Assembly: GCA_965217585.1 (NCBI GenBank)
Contig: OZ244561.1
Coordinates: 1,504,001 to 1,568,000 of the forward strand
Direction: 5' to 3'
From: Candidatus Latescibacterota bacterium
GTDB lineage: Bacteria; Latescibacterota; UBA2968; UBA8231
Length of the DNA: 64,000 nt
Of this stretch, positions 19,787 to 29,633 are shown piece after piece. Positions within the stretch are counted from its first letter, which is position 1; each line of letters opens with the position of its first letter. The notes beneath the pieces are model-generated. The model was not told the DNA's origin and made no database searches. It saw nothing but the letters and a program-made list of their open reading frames with translations. A program made the translations under genes and the position numbers.

Positions 19787-21262
19787 TCACCGCCTCCAGT
19801 CCTTCTCCAGCCGGCTGGCCTGTTTCTTAGACAGCCCACCCAACGCCTTCATAGCATCTAACAGCCGCATCCGCGTCAATTCTGGCCCCAAGAGCGCGGC
19901 GGATTCAAAGAGCGGCGGCCCCACCCGCTCGCCAGTCAGCGCGGCAATGAGCGGTACGGTCACGTCGCGGACCGGCCACTCCCAATGCGCGACTACCCGG
20001 CGCACGGCCTCGGCCACGCCGTCTTTATCCCACTCCACCACCTCGTCCAAAGCCCACACGGCTGTTTGCAACATCCGCGCTATCTCGGCCGCCTCCCGCT
20101 TCTTCGGAATCAAATCCTCGGCTTTTGGCTCCACTTGCCGGGCGAAGAAAAACGCCACGCGCGGCACAAAATCTCCTAGCGTCTCTAGCCGCTGCTGCAT
20201 AAAGGGTAGCATCTGCCCTACGTATTCGTCGTTGAGCAGCCAGCCTTTTAGCTCCGCCAACAGAGCCTCCGGCGTCCGATCCTCGCGCAAATAGCGTCCA
20301 TTGAGCCAGCCCAGCTTGTCTATATCAAAGATGGAGCCGCCCAAGTTGATCTTCGCCGGGTCGAAATGCTCTGTTAATTGCTCCAAGGTGAACTTTTCTT
20401 CCCCGACCGGCGGATAGGCCATGAGCGCCAAGTAGTTGAGCAGGGCCTGCGGCACATAGCCGGCGCGGCGATAGTACTCCACCGAGGTCGGATTCCGCCG
20501 CTTCGACATCTTGGAGCCGTCCGGATTGAGCAGCAACGGCAGGTGCATGTACGTCGGCGGCGTCCAGCCAAAAGCCTCGTAGAGCATGAGGTGCTTGGGC
20601 GTGGAGGTGATCCACTCCTCCCCCCGAATCACATGACTGATCCGCATCAAGTGATCGTCCACCACCACGGCCAAGTGGTAGGTTGGAAAGCCATCGGACT
20701 TCATCAGCACTTGGTCGTCTATATTCCCCCACTGTAGGGAAATTGGCCCCCGGAGCATGTCCTCGACTACACATACTCCCTCCTTCGGCATTTCCAGCCG
20801 AATCACGTGCGCACATCCCGCCCGTATCTTGGCTTCGACCTCGCTGGCAGCCAGCGCCCGGCAATGTCCATCGTAGCCGATACGCTCCTTGCGCTCCTGC
20901 TGCTCCGCCCGCAGCGCGGCCAGCCGTTCGCTCGTGCAAAAGCAGGGATAGGCATGCCCGCTGGCCACCAACTTCGCGGCGTACTCCGCGTAGATGGACA
21001 AGCGCTCGCTCTGCCGATACGGGCCGTAAGGGCCGCCCACATCGGGGCCCTCGTCCCACTCCAGCCCCAGCCACCACAGAGACTGCATGAGCTGATCTTC
21101 GTACTTTTTTTCCGACCGCGCTTGGTCGGTATCCTCAATGCGCAGCACAAACTGCCCTTCGTTTTTCTGCGCCCACACCCAGTCGAACAGCGCTTGGTAC
21201 GCGGTCCCTACATGCATAGGGCCGGTCGGCGAAGGTGCAATGCGCACCCGCACGTCTGTCAT
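19787..21262 (-). CDS. gltX: Glutamate--tRNA ligase
   Basis: RIAPSPTG.MHVG (HIGH-like), LRIEDTD, DGFPTYH, HVIRGEEW and KMSKR motifs. Confidence 0.95.
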   Translation of the reverse strand: MTDVRVRIAPSPTGPMHVGTAYQALFDWVWAQKNEGQFVLRIEDTDQARSEKKYEDQLMQSLWWLGLEWDEGPDVGGPYGPYRQSERLSIYAEYAAKLVASGHAYPCFCTSERLAALRAEQQERKERIGYDGHCRALAASEVEAKIRAGCAHVIRLEMPKEGVCVVEDMLRGPISLQWGNIDDQVLMKSDGFPTYHLAVVVDDHLMRISHVIRGEEWITSTPKHLMLYEAFGWTPPTYMHLPLLLNPDGSKMSKRRNPTSVEYYRRAGYVPQALLNYLALMAYPPVGEEKFTLEQLTEHFDPAKINLGGSIFDIDKLGWLNGRYLREDRTPEALLAELKGWLLNDEYVGQMLPFMQQRLETLGDFVPRVAFFFARQVEPKAEDLIPKKREAAEIARMLQTAVWALDEVVEWDKDGVAEAVRRVVAHWEWPVRDVTVPLIAALTGERVGPPLFESAALLGPELTRMRLLDAMKALGGLSKKQASRLEKDWRR

Positions 21263-21437
21263 CTTTTAGCTCCTCGTCTTTTGGGTTACAAACTAAGCCC
21301 CAGCCACTCCCGCGCAACGCGGCCTATTGCACATTTAGCTTTTTTGCCTAAGTTTATAACTTATAACAATTAACGCACATTCGCTGGTATCCCGCCGCAC
21401 GCACTCCCCGCCCCTTCAACCCAACAGACAAGGATTT

Positions 21438-22637
21438 ATGCTGTTTACCGAGCTTAATCTAGCGCCCTACATCCTCAGAGCACTCGACGAGATGGGCTAC
21501 GAAAAAATGACGCCCATCCAAGAACAAACCATTCCCCACATTATCGCCGGCAAAGACGTCATGGGCTTGGCTGAAACCGGCTCTGGCAAGACCGGTGCCT
21601 GTGCCATTCCTATAATCCAAGCCACCGACGAGTCGCTCAACGCCATCCAAGCCCTCATCTTGGTCCCCACCCGCGAGCTGGCGCTCCAATACGTCCAAGA
21701 GGTGGACGAAATCGCCAAGCACTCAGGCGTGGTGCCGTTTGCCATCTACGGCGGCTTTGACATGGACATCCAAAAGGCCAAGATCAACCACGGCGTCCAC
21801 GTCCTCGTGGCCACGCCCGGCCGCCTCATCGACTTTATATGGAACCACAGCCTCGACCTGACCGAAGTTAAAACCGTGGTCCTCGACGAGGCCGACGAGA
21901 TGCTCAAGATGGGCTTTATCGAAGACGTGGACTTTATCATGGCCTGCATCATGCAGGAATACCAAACCCTGCTTTTTTCCGCGACCATGCCCTCGGAGAT
22001 AGAGCGGCTAACCCAACAATACCTCAAATCGCCCGAGCGCGTTCATCTCAACCGCGACCAGCGGGCACCCCAATCGCTCGCCCATCACTTCCTCCACGTC
22101 TCCCGCCACCGCAGGGACGCGCTCATCGATTACATCGATGACCACGAGATCCAGCAGGGCATCATATTCTGCAACTCGCGTGACAAAGCATCCGATTTGT
22201 TCCGCGACCTACAAAGGCGCGTCCGCTCGGTTGACATCATCCACGGCGGGCTAGACCAAGAGCGGCGCACCTCCATCTTCCGCCGTTTCCGCCAGAAGAA
22301 GATCCGCTTTATGGTCGCCACGGACGTGGCCGGGCGCGGCCTCGATTTTTCGCACGTCACCCACGTCATCAACTACGATTTCCCCTTTAACGCCGAAATC
22401 TACACCCACCGCACGGGCCGGGCCGGGCGCATGGGCCGGGAGGGCAAGGCCCTGACCTTGGTCGGAGACCGCGACCTCCGCGACCTCAAGCGCCTGCTCA
22501 ACGCCAACCGCATCCACGCGCATTGGGAAGGCACTGCGCCCGATTTGGACGACATCCGCGCCAAACGCAATGGCCAAGGACGCGGGCGCGGCCGGAGACG
22601 ACCCCGAGGCGGCAGATCCTCCTCCAAAACCAGTTAG
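21438..22637 (+). CDS. DEAD-box ATP-dependent RNA helicase
   Basis: Q motif, AETGSGKT, PTREL, TPGR, DEAD, SAT, HRTGRAGR; basic C-terminal tail. Confidence 0.95.
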   Translation: MLFTELNLAPYILRALDEMGYEKMTPIQEQTIPHIIAGKDVMGLAETGSGKTGACAIPIIQATDESLNAIQALILVPTRELALQYVQEVDEIAKHSGVVPFAIYGGFDMDIQKAKINHGVHVLVATPGRLIDFIWNHSLDLTEVKTVVLDEADEMLKMGFIEDVDFIMACIMQEYQTLLFSATMPSEIERLTQQYLKSPERVHLNRDQRAPQSLAHHFLHVSRHRRDALIDYIDDHEIQQGIIFCNSRDKASDLFRDLQRRVRSVDIIHGGLDQERRTSIFRRFRQKKIRFMVATDVAGRGLDFSHVTHVINYDFPFNAEIYTHRTGRAGRMGREGKALTLVGDRDLRDLKRLLNANRIHAHWEGTAPDLDDIRAKRNGQGRGRGRRRPRGGRSSSKTS

Positions 22638-22679
22638 GCGCTCCTCGCAACTCAGCCCAGCTATCTATGGGCCGTTTAC

Positions 22680-23465
22680 TCACGGCGCATCCGGTGAACT
22701 GGCTTTTTCCAATTCGGGCAGCAGCACGTATTTGACCCAACCAAAACCCGGATTGATTTCAAGCGCTTTTTCAAAGGCTGCTCGCGCCAGTTCCAGTTCA
22801 CCTCGGTCCTGGTAAGCGATGCCGAGCCAAGCGTACGTGCGGCTGTGTCCCCATACAGGTTGGATGGGGTCGGTCGGCTCTTCTTGGGCAAAGAGTTCGG
22901 CGGCGCGCTGGAATCCTTGCAGACCCTTTTCCTTGCTTCCACCGAACATTTTGGGGGTATTAAAGTCGCTGATGGCCGCGCTCAGCACCACGCGCGGATT
23001 GTTGGGTGCGATCTGCATGGCTTTTTTTACGGCCTTCCCTACTCTGGGCCCCAAGACCATGCTCTTGACCGGGTTGAGGCCGATCTGTCGTCCGTACGCG
23101 CTCGACAGCAGAGCATAGGCTTCGGCGGCTTGAGGATCGAGCCGGGTGGCCTCTTTCAAATGCTCGACAGCGATTTTAAGATGCTCAGAAGCCGCGTCTT
23201 CGTTTTTCTCGCCTGCGGCTAATAGGAGATCGACGATGCGGTAATCGGCCAAAGCGATGTAGTAGTGGCTCCACGCGGCTAAGCTGGTATCGGCCAAGGT
23301 GCGCTCGAATGTGGCCCTCGACATGTACATCGCGTCGAGGTCGCTCGCATTTTCACCGGCTTGCAGCATCTGTTTTCCACTGACGAGAAGACTATCGGCC
23401 GATTGGGCGAAGGCGGGATAGGCGATCGAGAAAATGAAAACGAGTGAGAGCAGAAAGCGCAGCAT
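22680..23465 (-). CDS. Secreted/periplasmic TPR-like protein, last gene of the RiPP operon; paralogue of the ABC ATPase C-terminal domain
   Basis: AAGGAG RBS, signal peptide ending AFA-Q, TPR-like helices. NNPRVVL...TP.MFGG.K...QP.WG...ALE.NP..GWVK..LLP shared with 25740..27428. Confidence 0.8.
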   Translation of the reverse strand: MLRFLLSLVFIFSIAYPAFAQSADSLLVSGKQMLQAGENASDLDAMYMSRATFERTLADTSLAAWSHYYIALADYRIVDLLLAAGEKNEDAASEHLKIAVEHLKEATRLDPQAAEAYALLSSAYGRQIGLNPVKSMVLGPRVGKAVKKAMQIAPNNPRVVLSAAISDFNTPKMFGGSKEKGLQGFQRAAELFAQEEPTDPIQPVWGHSRTYAWLGIAYQDRGELELARAAFEKALEINPGFGWVKYVLLPELEKASSPDAP

Positions 23466-23486
23466 AAGTGGCTCCTTTGGTTAAGG

Positions 23487-25733
23487 TCAGTGGTTCAGGG
23501 AGACAGTGGTGCCAAAGTAAATGGATCGGCGAAAGAGGGTGGTGCGTGGCTGGCGCTGGGTATAGTCGATGCTGTAATCATAGTCGAGCACATTTGCGCG
23601 ATTGAGCAGGTTGTTGACAGCCAAATAAAAGACCGCTTGGTGCCCGGAGCCAAAAAACAGCAAATAGCTCAACTGCCCATCTATCTGTTGAAAGGACGGC
23701 AGACGCTCTGAGCCGACAGGGCCTTCTACAGGCAGGTAGTAGCTTTTGTCTGCTACGGGAACGGCACCGACGATTGGAGTGATGGGGCGGCCGGTGGCGT
23801 ATTTCAGGGTCAGGCCGCCGCTGAGGGTGCGGACGATCTGCATTTTTGTGACCAAGGTCAGGTTGTGCGTAATATCAAATGGGGAAGGAGCTTCTTCGCG
23901 GAGCATCTCAAGCCCTATATGGCGTACCTGCAATCGGCGCGACCTCAGCAGACTATAGGCCATCCACCCGCTTAAGCGCGTATTGAGAAAAGCTCCGTAC
24001 TTGCAAAAGAGGTCAACTCCAGAGGCCCGACCTCTACCCGTATTGGCAAGGTTCAGGTCGGGGTCATCTATGACGAGATTGCGGTAGGGTTTGTAGTAAG
24101 CCTCCAACCGTACTAGGAATTGGTCGCGTTCGTGGTGCAAGCCGCCTATCCAGTGTTGGGCGCGTTGGGGTTCCAGATTGGGGGTGCCGCTGGTGGAGTT
24201 GTATTCAAATGGGGCGGGGAATTGGTGATAGATGCCCCAAGCGAGCCGGGCGTTTGTGTCTTCTGAGAACTGGTACCGGGCAGACAGACGCGGGTCTAGG
24301 ACAAAACCGTCGCCCAAGCTGTGGTGGTCGGCGCGCAGACCGACATTGGCGACGATGCGGCGCATGGGCTTGAAATCGGTCTCAAAGTAGGCACCAGTGC
24401 GTCTGGCGCTGTAAGAGGTGTCGAGTTCAAATATCTCTGCCTCGGGGTCGAGAATATCGCCTTGAGGAATGCTGCCTACGAATCGGTTGTCAGCGTGCTC
24501 TATTTCAGCACCGAGGCGCAAAACTCCGAAGGCATCGAGGACGCGTTCCCAGTCTGTGCGAATTTTGCCGGTCAGGTCGCGGGGGGTCAGGTCTAGGTTG
24601 CCCAATTGCCGCCGGGTCGTGTGCCGGTTCAGCGAGGCACTGGTCTGGATGGACCAACCGGCCAACACATCCGTCCACTGGAGATTGTGCAAGGCTCTAT
24701 CAGTGCGACTTCGATAAAGGCCGTCAAAGGAAGGAGCTGCGACCCGCACTCCGAGTTCCTCGCCAGCGTCGAAGCTGAAGAGCTTGAGGCGTCCGGTAGG
24801 CGAGTACTGGTAAATCAGGTTGAGGTTTCCGTCGTGCCCTCGTGGAGTCGTGGTGAATGCGTCGCGGTGTCCATTGACGCGGAACAGGAGATCGGTAAAG
24901 CTGAGATTGCCCGTGGAGCGCAGGCCGAGCTTATCGTCAATAAAGGGCAAGTCGAGGCCCACAGAGCCAGCAGCAAGGCCCAAGCCAAGCGTATAGCTCC
25001 GTTGTACAGGCATGTCTAGGCTCTCCATTGCCAGCACCGCGGAAAGCGCATTGCCGTATCGGGCGGAGAATCCACCGGTGGAAAAGGCCGTACCCTTCAC
25101 CATAAAGGGAGGAATCGTGCCGAATACTCCGCCAGTGGGCGATTCGTATTTGTAGGGATGCACCACCGTGGCTTGATCGAGCAAGATGACGGTCTCACTC
25201 ACGTCGCCACCTCGCACAAAAAGACCGGCACCGTCATCTACGGTTGCCACACCGGGGAAGGTTTTGAACGCGCGAAAAATATCGGCGGAAGCCCCAGGCG
25301 TTGTGACCACATCTAGGGGGGCAAGGGTGACGGTCTCATCCTCCCCGGTGGTATAGGTGCTAACTGTGACGACGGTTTCACCGAGTTCAATGAGGACGCG
25401 CCGCAGCACCAAACGCACCGTTGTGGTATCGCCCGCAGTTAAGTGCAGGGTCTGCCGGGTGGGTTCAAAGCCGATGAAGGAGGCGCTCAGGTCGTGTAGT
25501 CCAAGGTGCCGAGTGGAAAAGGCAAAGCGGCCGTCGCGGCCTGTTATTGCGCCGTCGGTGGTGTCGATAATTTGTACGTTGACAAAGGCCATCGGTCGTT
25601 CTGTTTCATCGACGACCTGTCCCTGGATAAATGCCTGACTCTGGGCAAAGACCTGCCCGTCGTGCAGACTAGTGAACAGGGAAACGCAAAGCAGGACAAT
25701 CCCGACCTGTCGAGCGGTACATCTTTTATTCAT
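23487..25733 (-). CDS. TonB-dependent outer-membrane receptor with carboxypeptidase-regulatory-like N-domain and plug
   Basis: Signal peptide; IQGQVVD...FVNV...DG.F N-domain; plug FPGV...LFVRGG...GGFSARYGNALS; barrel motifs GLRAD, DPRLS, NL.P, G.A.GVDL, NNLLN. Confidence 0.9.
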   Translation of the reverse strand: MNKRCTARQVGIVLLCVSLFTSLHDGQVFAQSQAFIQGQVVDETERPMAFVNVQIIDTTDGAITGRDGRFAFSTRHLGLHDLSASFIGFEPTRQTLHLTAGDTTTVRLVLRRVLIELGETVVTVSTYTTGEDETVTLAPLDVVTTPGASADIFRAFKTFPGVATVDDGAGLFVRGGDVSETVILLDQATVVHPYKYESPTGGVFGTIPPFMVKGTAFSTGGFSARYGNALSAVLAMESLDMPVQRSYTLGLGLAAGSVGLDLPFIDDKLGLRSTGNLSFTDLLFRVNGHRDAFTTTPRGHDGNLNLIYQYSPTGRLKLFSFDAGEELGVRVAAPSFDGLYRSRTDRALHNLQWTDVLAGWSIQTSASLNRHTTRRQLGNLDLTPRDLTGKIRTDWERVLDAFGVLRLGAEIEHADNRFVGSIPQGDILDPEAEIFELDTSYSARRTGAYFETDFKPMRRIVANVGLRADHHSLGDGFVLDPRLSARYQFSEDTNARLAWGIYHQFPAPFEYNSTSGTPNLEPQRAQHWIGGLHHERDQFLVRLEAYYKPYRNLVIDDPDLNLANTGRGRASGVDLFCKYGAFLNTRLSGWMAYSLLRSRRLQVRHIGLEMLREEAPSPFDITHNLTLVTKMQIVRTLSGGLTLKYATGRPITPIVGAVPVADKSYYLPVEGPVGSERLPSFQQIDGQLSYLLFFGSGHQAVFYLAVNNLLNRANVLDYDYSIDYTQRQPRTTLFRRSIYFGTTVSLNH

Positions 25734-25739
25734 TGCGTA

Positions 25740-27428
25740 CTAACGGTCCAATCCCGGCAATAGGTGGTTTTTTACCCAGCCGTTATTGGGATTCACTTCA
25801 AGGGCTTTGACAAAGGCTTCCCTTGCGCCCTCGATGTCTCCGGCCTCTTGACGCATAATGCCCAATTGAGCGCAGGCTTCGTCGTAGCCCCAAGAGGGTT
25901 GAAAGGAGTCGCGGATTTCCTCTTTCGCGAACAACTCAAGGGCATGCTCCATTTTAGAGATAGCCCGCTGCTTATCACCGCCGAATACAGCAGGAGTATA
26001 ATAGTCGCTCATTCCATCTATTAAGACAACGCGGGGATTGTTGCCGTCGAGTCGCTTGGATTTTTCAAGAACTCTTTTGGTCTCAGGACCCAGCGCCATG
26101 CCCAAGTGAGGCTTCAGGCCGAGCTTTTGACCATAGGCACTGGCTAAGAGGGCATGGGCGTCGCTGAAGTTGTCTTCCAACTCGATAGCCCCTTTGAGAT
26201 GCTCTATGGTTCGGTTAATGCATTGGGCCTGTTCGTCAGGGGTGGCCGCAAAAAGCGTAGCGAGGCGGTACTCGCACAAAGCTAGGTAATACAGTGCAAA
26301 CACCTCGTGATGGCTGTTTTGGCGAGCCTGTTCAAACAGTTTCCGTGCCTTATGTAATTGGTCAGGGTTAGAGGAATCAATTGCCTGCTGAAGAAGCTCT
26401 TTGCCCTCGACGAAAGGAGCCTCATATTCGATGCTCTGATCATTTTTTGCGATTTTTTGACCATAGCGCATATATCGGCTTCCTGTAGCGAATAGGTACA
26501 CATCTTCAAGATCGGCGGTTTTTACGGAAAATTGATGTATGTTCAAGCTGTTAAGACGGTCTATAACCGCATTCTTAAACACCTCATCCTTGCCATATAT
26601 GCACACGCCTTGAGAATTGCCGTCAACGTGGGTTACTCCAGGACAGTCTGCCAAGGTTTCGGGATCGACTTCGGTTTCTACCTCTACTTTGAGGTTTAGC
26701 TGAAACTTTTCGAGCAGTTGCGGTACCGAACCAGAAGCAATGATTTGGCCCTTGTTCATCACACAGACCACATCGCTGTACTGCTGGGCCTCTTGCATGT
26801 TGTGGGTAGTCATGACAATGGTGAGACCCTGACGGCGGTACTGGTTCAGAACATCCCAGAGTTGCCGGCGCAGATGTGGATCCAAGTTGCTCGACGGCTC
26901 ATCGAGGATCAGTAGCGCAGGTTTGCCCACCAAGGCAACGGCAATGAGCAGCCTGCGCTTTTCTCCGCCCGACAGGTCTTTGTAGGCTGTCTTCTGTTGG
27001 CCTTGCAACTCAAAAATGTCTATTAATTCATCTGGATCAACAGGGTTCTGATACATGCTTGCATAAAGGCGTAGCGCCTCTCTGACCCGAATATCACTAT
27101 AGAGGGAATCTTCTTGAAATTGGATACCGATTCTACTGCGTATGTCCTTACGTCGTCGCAGATCGGGGATACTTTCACCAAACAAGTGAATGTCTCCAGA
27201 GTCGGGCTTCTTTAAGCCTACAATGCAATCTATGATAGACGTTTTACCCGCTCCATTGGGTCCTACCAGACAAAAGACCTGTTGCGGATATATGGAAAAA
27301 CTGACATTTTGGACGGCGACGAGCTTGCCATAGGTTTTATGCAAGGCATTTATCTGCAGGACGGGTGTTTGCTCTCGGCAGCCACTGTCTGGGGATGAGG
27401 TGCTCGAAGTTGAAGTCATGATTTCCAT
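25740..27428 (-). CDS. ABC exporter ATP-binding subunit fused to a C-terminal TPR-like domain
   Basis: Walker A GPNGAGKT, LSGGE signature, LILDEP, TTH and LEDVYL end of the ABC module, then about 230 aa of TPR-like sequence in frame. Confidence 0.88.
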   Translation of the reverse strand: MEIMTSTSSTSSPDSGCREQTPVLQINALHKTYGKLVAVQNVSFSIYPQQVFCLVGPNGAGKTSIIDCIVGLKKPDSGDIHLFGESIPDLRRRKDIRSRIGIQFQEDSLYSDIRVREALRLYASMYQNPVDPDELIDIFELQGQQKTAYKDLSGGEKRRLLIAVALVGKPALLILDEPSSNLDPHLRRQLWDVLNQYRRQGLTIVMTTHNMQEAQQYSDVVCVMNKGQIIASGSVPQLLEKFQLNLKVEVETEVDPETLADCPGVTHVDGNSQGVCIYGKDEVFKNAVIDRLNSLNIHQFSVKTADLEDVYLFATGSRYMRYGQKIAKNDQSIEYEAPFVEGKELLQQAIDSSNPDQLHKARKLFEQARQNSHHEVFALYYLALCEYRLATLFAATPDEQAQCINRTIEHLKGAIELEDNFSDAHALLASAYGQKLGLKPHLGMALGPETKRVLEKSKRLDGNNPRVVLIDGMSDYYTPAVFGGDKQRAISKMEHALELFAKEEIRDSFQPSWGYDEACAQLGIMRQEAGDIEGAREAFVKALEVNPNNGWVKNHLLPGLDR

Positions 27429-28144
27429 TCGATGCGGATTTTAAAAACCATAAGATTGAAGACCTGATGGCACAGTATGCACGGCAAGAGACTATCGGAG
27501 GCGAGATACATAAGACTCAAAATTACACCAAACAGGGTTTTAGAGATCACATTTGCTAAGCCATAGGCGATATGATTCATTCCAAATGCTAAGGAAGAGA
27601 TAATAATTGCGTATTGCACAGGTATATTTAAGACATCTATTGCATAGGGGATCAAGTAGCCTCTCCATAATATCTCTTCCAAGAGGGATTCGCTAAGGAT
27701 GCAACCTAATAACAAGCCTACAGGTAACTTTTGCCCTTGCCTGACAATACGTTTGGTCTCCCCGAACATCCAGTGTTTTGCTATTGGCTTATTTCCCATC
27801 CGTAGTTTCAACCACGTCCGTTCTACGATAATCTCTGCATAATAAAAGGCTACGCCCACACCTACACTGACAAAAATCGTAATGCCGAGCGATAAGGGCA
27901 TTGGGGGACCGAACCACATAGGCCATCCAAAGGCCGACGTCAGAATGCGGATGGCCGGATCGCATACGCTCAGAATTAGGACCAGAGCACCCATCAGAGA
28001 CGCCAAGGGCACGACAAAGTCGTCGCGATCCAAAGTTGCGTCCAGTATTTTTTCGGATAGCACCCAGCTACCCATCAGGTATAAACCTGAATGTACTACA
28101 TAAAGGACGCCAGGATAAGCCAAGATAAAAACAAAACAGAACAT
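27416..28144 (-). CDS. CPBP/CAAX (Abi, SagE-like) intramembrane glutamic protease
   Basis: Hydrophobic; EEILWRG (EExxxR), FGMNH (FxxxH) and HQVFN (HxxxN) motifs. Confidence 0.88.
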   Translation of the reverse strand: MFCFVFILAYPGVLYVVHSGLYLMGSWVLSEKILDATLDRDDFVVPLASLMGALVLILSVCDPAIRILTSAFGWPMWFGPPMPLSLGITIFVSVGVGVAFYYAEIIVERTWLKLRMGNKPIAKHWMFGETKRIVRQGQKLPVGLLLGCILSESLLEEILWRGYLIPYAIDVLNIPVQYAIIISSLAFGMNHIAYGLANVISKTLFGVILSLMYLASDSLLPCILCHQVFNLMVFKIRIEWKS

Positions 28145-28160
28145 AGGTCGTGAATGAAGT

Positions 28161-29624
28161 TTAAGGAAAAGGAACAGGCCCTGGTTTAAGCTCTTTGAAT
28201 GTGAGCGGCTTATCCCTCAATCCCATTTTCATAGGCAGTTCGTAAATCCGCGAATGTCCCAAATAGGGATACGCGCTGATGTGGGGCTGTACTAGTTCAG
28301 GGATGAATACTTTGACGACTTTCACCTGAGACATCTGTTCATGGGTACAGTCAATGACAATAGGATCTATATCATATCGTTGAAGGACCTCCTTGAAGTA
28401 TTCCAACTGCTCTTCTGAATGCTTGAATTTTACCTTTGGCAATTCCGAGAGGGCCACGGTACCATCACTGCGGAAAAATGCCTCTAGCCGTCCAGCATTC
28501 TCGGCATGTCCGTAGTACCCTATCGTTTCTAAAAACGTACGCATTTCTGCCAGCGGTTTGTCTGGTGAGGCGTCAAATAGCACTTGGACACCTTTCATAA
28601 ACTGCCGTTGAGGTGTCAACATAGCACATTTCAATTGCAGTTCGGACTGCCCATATTCCAGCAAAGCTTGGATGAAAGCTTCTTCTCCATCCAAAGCCAC
28701 TGCTGCTCCAGCCTGATAGGCAAATTTTTTATAGTAGGGCACTAGCTGAGTCCCCGAGATGCAGGGCAATTTGGGGAAACCAACGTCGTGTAACCAAAAA
28801 TTCACATCACCAGAGAGAGATTTGATATATTCCAAGGTTCTGTTAGTCTTTTTGGAAGAGAGCGGTCTGTCAACTTCTACTCGGCGCAGCGGAATATTTG
28901 CATACCAAGACAGCATCAAGGCATCGCGCTCGAAAAGCTCTGTTACTCCAGCAATGATGGCCAAGGCTTCATCTATATGAGAGGCCATACCAGAAGAGGA
29001 TGAATAGCCGATGCGAGACTCCTCAATGGATGGGATATAAAAGAAGAGCACGAGCTGTAGAGGAATCCAGATGTCTTCTTGACTGATGAGCCGACGTCCC
29101 TTGATCCAGTTAAATTCAGTGTCGCGAGTAAAGGGTTGAAAGAAGAAATCGGGTGAGACGTATTGCTCGTCTGCAAACAGGGGAAGTGCTTCCGGCGCAA
29201 TAGCATTTTGACCGGCTTGTTGCAGAGAACTATAGGATCCTGCACAGATCTCCAAGTCTTCTTTTAAGAAAGCAAATGTCCCAGATATCCTTTCAACGCT
29301 TTCGCCTAAGTCAGACAAGAAGGAAGATGGGAGTTCGAAACCTTTGCCCCCTGCGATCACAGAAGAGTCCAATCCGAGATTCAGGGAAGGTAGGCCAACA
29401 ATTTGGCGTATGACTTGGTCCATGTCCCAGTGGCTGCTATTGACGACGACAGTTTGAGAAGTTCCAGCCCCACCGTTGCAAACAGTCGATTCTCGGATCG
29501 GGCCACTGGAAAAGTACCACGAGAGCATTTCTTTGATTGCCCTGCCCTCTTTCTCGTTCATCACGTTGGGTAAAATTTCTCGATGGGGATTGATGTAGGT
29601 GGAGCGCAATTGTAGAGAAGTCAT
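28161..29624 (-). CDS. YcaO cyclodehydratase (SagD-like, azoline-forming)
   Basis: GGKG...GESVER, SSSGMAS and ELFERDA ATP-binding motifs; VKVFIP; proline-rich C-terminus PGPVPFP typical of azoline-forming YcaOs. Confidence 0.92.
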   Translation of the reverse strand: MTSLQLRSTYINPHREILPNVMNEKEGRAIKEMLSWYFSSGPIRESTVCNGGAGTSQTVVVNSSHWDMDQVIRQIVGLPSLNLGLDSSVIAGGKGFELPSSFLSDLGESVERISGTFAFLKEDLEICAGSYSSLQQAGQNAIAPEALPLFADEQYVSPDFFFQPFTRDTEFNWIKGRRLISQEDIWIPLQLVLFFYIPSIEESRIGYSSSSGMASHIDEALAIIAGVTELFERDALMLSWYANIPLRRVEVDRPLSSKKTNRTLEYIKSLSGDVNFWLHDVGFPKLPCISGTQLVPYYKKFAYQAGAAVALDGEEAFIQALLEYGQSELQLKCAMLTPQRQFMKGVQVLFDASPDKPLAEMRTFLETIGYYGHAENAGRLEAFFRSDGTVALSELPKVKFKHSEEQLEYFKEVLQRYDIDPIVIDCTHEQMSQVKVVKVFIPELVQPHISAYPYLGHSRIYELPMKMGLRDKPLTFKELKPGPVPFP

Positions 29625-29633
29625 AGTGGATAT

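Noticed and set aside
19698-20294. 198-aa plus-strand ORF
   Set aside because: Only the first ~28 codons are TPR-like relic; the rest is antisense to gltX.
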